Part shown: positions 60,283-64,000 of the stretch, piece after piece | Layout of the letters: each line of letters starts with the position of its first letter | Position numbering within the stretch: the first letter of the stretch is position 1 | Origin: Bacteriovoracaceae bacterium | GTDB lineage: Bacteria > Bdellovibrionota > Bacteriovoracia > Bacteriovoracales > Bacteriovoracaceae | Assembly (NCBI GenBank): GCA_965217035.1 | Contig: OZ244226.1 | Location: 2,586,146 to 2,650,145, forward strand | Length of the DNA stretch: 64,000 nucleotides | Direction of reading: 5' to 3' | Program-made: the position numbers and the translations under genes | The notes under the pieces: model-generated | The model's database searches: none | Seen by the model: only the letters and a program-made list of their open reading frames with translations | Told to the model about the DNA's origin: nothing

Positions 60283-62297
60283 TCATTTGAACTCGCCTCA
60301 TCACTGGGGCGGGTTATCTTTCTTTCAATTTCTTTTATCTTATATTCCAGTTCTTGCTTTTGTATCTTTAAGAGTTCAAGCTGATATTCAGCCTTGATTA
60401 TCGTTTCATACTGAAGACCAACTGTGTTTATTTTATCTTCGGCATCTTTCTTTAAAATTTCGATTTCATCAAGAAGAACATTGACAGCTCTTTCGTATTT
60501 AATCTGTTCTTCTTTTGTAAGTAGGTCTTTTCTCTCAAAGTCTCTTATCTGTTGAGATGCAATTGCGATAAAAACATTATTCGCAAGTTCTTTCTTAACC
60601 TCATCATACCATTTGTCCATTTGAGCGAGTTCCGCCTCTGAGTACCATTGGAATTCGTCTTCAGATCGTGACACTTCATAAAAAAGTCGGATTGACTTCA
60701 TTATAGGAAAATATTTTATAAAAACCTTATTCTCTATACTTGCGATCATTGAATTTCTGAGGGCATGAAACTTACCTTTCTCTGGTCTTTGGGTCATGAT
60801 GAGTTCACTCTTTTTTACAAGAGGATCACCGAAAGAGTGTAAACTATTAAGCCACATCCCCAATTGGTTAGGGGAAGCGTCAATAGACCAAGGAAGGTTA
60901 ATTGAAGTAGATTTCTTTAATGCTTTGACGATCATACTCGCGCAATCATTAATCCCCGTTACATTGAAATAGTCTTTATTCCTTTGTCTTTCTAGATAAT
61001 CTTTAAGATAAAGTCTTTCTTTTGGATCGATTTTAAGTGTGAAAATATTGGCAGAATGAGGAAGCTCAACAATATAACGCCATTTTCCCTTTATAAAGAA
61101 AGCAGAAGCTAACTTTGGATTAACTTTTACTAATGTCTTTGAGAGTTCAATGAGTTCTTCATCGCTCATTTTCTCTTTGACTTTTAAAGCTTCCTCATCT
61201 CCTTTCTTGTCTTTTACATGACCCCTGTTTTGTAGCCACTCTTGGAAGGTTGCACTTAAAAGGTATTGTGAGTAAGGAATGGCAGTCATTTGTTCAACTC
61301 CATAACTAAAAATCTCTTGACCGAGTCTTAAGGCTAAATGAGGAAAAGGAGATTGATCAACAATAATTTGGATTTCATCTTCAGCGAGAGGGGCACGATC
61401 TAAATATTCGGTAATAGAATATTGATTACTTCGCATTTTTAGATAGTAGTCGACAGCAAAAGCTGTTGTTGCCAAAACGACAATTGATTTTGTAAGACTC
61501 AAACCAAGTTTAAACTTTCTTAAACCAGGTTTTTCCTGAAGAAACTTTCCTTTTAATTGATAAGCATCATAAAGCTTTTTTGATTTTAATAGTTCAATTT
61601 CTGCTTCGGAAAGTGGTCTTTCAGGGTTATGAAATTGCTCTATGAAAATTCTTCTAATATTTTTAACCCTTCCTTCATTCCTAGGCATATTTTTCGAAAG
61701 AGCATACTGGATTGTTTTGAATTCAGAATAAGGAATAGGGTTAATCAGATTGACCAAATTATAAAACTTTTCTTTTAAGTTGATAAGAAATTGAACATGG
61801 AAAGGTAGATCTGAAAGTTCAGTAAAAGCAACTCTCGATGCTGCCCCTCCCATATATTTCCTCAAAGGTATCGTAAGGTGAACGACTGAATGAGTTGAAA
61901 CTTCATGGAAATAAGTTACGAATTTATAAGTTCTTCTGAGACGCGGATACTTCGCGAGTAATGCAAGGTCTTGAGGAGTCAGAAGAGGACGTCCTTTAAA
62001 CATGGGAGCAAAAAATTGCTGTGTGAGGAATTTCCAAACTTTTTTCTGTTCTAGCTCTGATAAATGATTAAAGGTTTCTGGGGTGGAGAGAAATTCATCG
62101 AGATCTTTATTGAACTTTTTAAGGTTCTTGAAGCTAAGTTTTACATTTTTTCCTTCTCGATAAATCTCATAGGATCTTAGAATTTCATCCTGAGATTTTA
62201 GAACTTCATCAATTGTTCGTGTGACATCTGGACAATGGCCTGCCTCGAGGTTGAGTGTGATCAATCCAATTAATGAAAGCACAAGAATTCGCATCAC
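60279..62297 (-). CDS. Exported protein with possible permuted papain-like domain
   Basis: Leader; PHLALRLG..FSYG precedes INDCASMIVKAL. Confidence 0.55.
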   Translation of the reverse strand: MMRILVLSLIGLITLNLEAGHCPDVTRTIDEVLKSQDEILRSYEIYREGKNVKLSFKNLKKFNKDLDEFLSTPETFNHLSELEQKKVWKFLTQQFFAPMFKGRPLLTPQDLALLAKYPRLRRTYKFVTYFHEVSTHSVVHLTIPLRKYMGGAASRVAFTELSDLPFHVQFLINLKEKFYNLVNLINPIPYSEFKTIQYALSKNMPRNEGRVKNIRRIFIEQFHNPERPLSEAEIELLKSKKLYDAYQLKGKFLQEKPGLRKFKLGLSLTKSIVVLATTAFAVDYYLKMRSNQYSITEYLDRAPLAEDEIQIIVDQSPFPHLALRLGQEIFSYGVEQMTAIPYSQYLLSATFQEWLQNRGHVKDKKGDEEALKVKEKMSDEELIELSKTLVKVNPKLASAFFIKGKWRYIVELPHSANIFTLKIDPKERLYLKDYLERQRNKDYFNVTGINDCASMIVKALKKSTSINLPWSIDASPNQLGMWLNSLHSFGDPLVKKSELIMTQRPEKGKFHALRNSMIASIENKVFIKYFPIMKSIRLFYEVSRSEDEFQWYSEAELAQMDKWYDEVKKELANNVFIAIASQQIRDFERKDLLTKEEQIKYERAVNVLLDEIEILKKDAEDKINTVGLQYETIIKAEYQLELLKIQKQELEYKIKEIERKITRPSDEASSND

Positions 62298-62389
62298 ATT
62301 TCTTATCGGGATCTTAGAATTTGAAACGACTTTATATTGTAAAGAGGTGAGTCTTGCCGATTAGGAGAGCAAATAAATCAGGTTTGAGG

Positions 62390-62722
62390 TTATCCTCCAA
62401 TTTTTTTAACCTTCAATCGCCTAGAAGAGAGCAGATCAAGTACCTCTTGGGCCTTCTCCCCATGAATTTCAATAAAATCGTTTTTGTAGGCCCCACCAAC
62501 TCCAAGAGATTTTTTTAGGTCTTTGGCGAGTTTTTTATTCCAAGACTTATTATCAGGGAGTCCAGTAACTTCGATAATAGTTCTGCCTTTCCCGCTTGTA
62601 AGCCTACGAATATACAACTCAATCTCGTTCTCATTAACTTCGGACTCTAATGTACTTGACTTAGACTTTCGTAGGTCACCTTGTTCGGATGAGTAAACTA
62701 ATTTTGATTCATCGTCTTTCAT
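62390..62722 (-). CDS. yciH: SUI1/YciH translation initiation factor
   Basis: LVYSS, KGRTIIEVTGL, LAKDLKKSLGVGG, IEIHGE. Confidence 0.85.
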   Translation of the reverse strand: MKDDESKLVYSSEQGDLRKSKSSTLESEVNENEIELYIRRLTSGKGRTIIEVTGLPDNKSWNKKLAKDLKKSLGVGGAYKNDFIEIHGEKAQEVLDLLSSRRLKVKKIGG

Positions 62723-62761
62723 GCTTTATCCTCGTATCCAAACTAACGAAAGGAGGAGCAT

Positions 62762-63115
62762 ATGTCTCTGAAATTTTATGAATATAAAAACTGTAGTACC
62801 TGTAAAAAAGCTCAGAAATGGCTTGAAGCTCAAGGAGTTGATTTCAAAGTCATTCCCATTCGAGAAACTCCTCCAACCAAAACTGAACTTAAGCAAATGT
62901 TAAAACATATGGATGGAGATCTAAAGAAACTCTTTAATACTTCAGGGCAAGATTACCGCGCCATGAACATGAAAGAGAAATTTCCCAAACTAACTGAAGC
63001 GAAGGCCTTTGATCTTCTTGCCAAAAATGGAAATTTAGTAAAACGACCATTTCTAATTGGAAAGGGATTAGGGACTGTTGGCTTCAAAGAAGATGTGTAT
63101 AAAAGTCTGTTATAA
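62762..63115 (+). CDS. ArsC/Spx-family (YffB-like) protein
   Basis: CSTCKKA, FNTSGQDYR, LVKRPF, VGF. Confidence 0.9.
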   Translation: MSLKFYEYKNCSTCKKAQKWLEAQGVDFKVIPIRETPPTKTELKQMLKHMDGDLKKLFNTSGQDYRAMNMKEKFPKLTEAKAFDLLAKNGNLVKRPFLIGKGLGTVGFKEDVYKSLL

Positions 63116-63179
63116 TAATGAGTTAGATCACCTTCTACACAGGTAGTCGAATGCTACGATATGTGGTAATTTTAACAGT

Positions 63180-64000
63180 ATGACAGCAACTAATCTCTTT
63201 CTTTATTTATTCCTCCTATTTTGTGTAGGTTCAATGGTTTATGTCTATCTTTATAGAGGTCAAGCCCGTTATGCTAATCTTACTGAATATCTTCGAAAAG
63301 GTTGGTGTGTTTTTGCTCCGTTAAATTGCTCGCTTTATCTCTTTACTCAGAAAAGGGCCAAGCCACCGATTATGAAAGTCGAAGACTTTCCTGAACTTGA
63401 TGTGATTAAAGAAAATTGGGAAACTATTCGTGATGAAGCGATTGCTTTAAGAGAGAAAGGGTATTTCGATCAGACAACTAAGCCTGGTTCCAGCGCTTCT
63501 TATGATATTGGTTTCAGAACTTTTTTTAAGTATGGATGGAGTAAGTTTTATATTAACTGGTATGGGTATACTCATAAGTCGGCGCAAGAGCTTTGTCCGA
63601 AATCGGCTGAGATTTTATCGAAAGTTTCTTCTGTGAATGGCGCGATGTTTTCTCTCCTTCCTGCAGGATCGCAACTGACAAGGCATTTAGATCCAATTGC
63701 AAGTTCGCTTCGTTATCATCTCGCTCTCGATACTCCGAATACCGATGATTGTTTTATCAATGTTGATGGGAATATGCAGTCTTGGCGTGATGGTGAGGGA
63801 TTTCTTTTTGACGAAACATTTCTTCATTTTGCAAAAAATAATACTGAAAAAGATCGCTTGATCTTAATGTGTGATGTTGACCGGCCTTTAAAAGGGCCAG
63901 GCAAAATTTTTAATTCATTCTTTAAATTTCTTCTGAGTTTCTCTGTTGTCCCCAATGTTGAAGGAGATAAGGAAGGACTTGTGAATTCGATCTTTTCAGC
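63180..64000 (+). CDS. lpxO: LpxO-type lipid A hydroxylase (Asp/Asn beta-hydroxylase family), runs off window
   Basis: Manual translation: NWETIRDEA, DIGFRTFFKYGWSKFY, RHLDP..SLRYHL, FDETFLH, RLILMCDVDRP. Confidence 0.85.
   Translation, partial: MTATNLFLYLFLLFCVGSMVYVYLYRGQARYANLTEYLRKGWCVFAPLNCSLYLFTQKRAKPPIMKVEDFPELDVIKENWETIRDEAIALREKGYFDQTTKPGSSASYDIGFRTFFKYGWSKFYINWYGYTHKSAQELCPKSAEILSKVSSVNGAMFSLLPAGSQLTRHLDPIASSLRYHLALDTPNTDDCFINVDGNMQSWRDGEGFLFDETFLHFAKNNTEKDRLILMCDVDRPLKGPGKIFNSFFKFLLSFSVVPNVEGDKEGLVNSIFS

Overview
AT-rich bacterial chromosome window, probably from a predatory Bdellovibrionota (Bacteriovoracaceae/Halobacteriovorax-like). That assignment is inferred from the TIGR02147-type regulator, the many short MKK-leader secreted orphans and the extra flagellin. 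The window opens with rsgA and tRNA-Arg(TCT), followed by an ~11 kb island (1285-~12270). The island holds a PD-(D/E)xK nuclease, broken phage terminase and P22-like portal genes, two different IS5 elements, and about nine short unrelated secreted-protein genes. These genes are separated by recurring intergenic segments, three of them share a homologous leader cassette, and the portal-upstream module with a perfect palindrome occurs twice. This cassette-like array is the most unusual structure in the window. The rest contains regulator plus secreted-protein modules, a second copy of one IS5, a 1799-aa repeat surface lipoprotein, a second accessory patch (28.6-35.5 kb) carrying the same repeat, flagellin, housekeeping genes, a secreted NADAR-like/nuclease pair, a tauD cluster, a complete TonB2/Ttp-type operon with a sigma54-like promoter, and a partial lpxO. 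All calls come from reading motifs by eye; no database searches were run.
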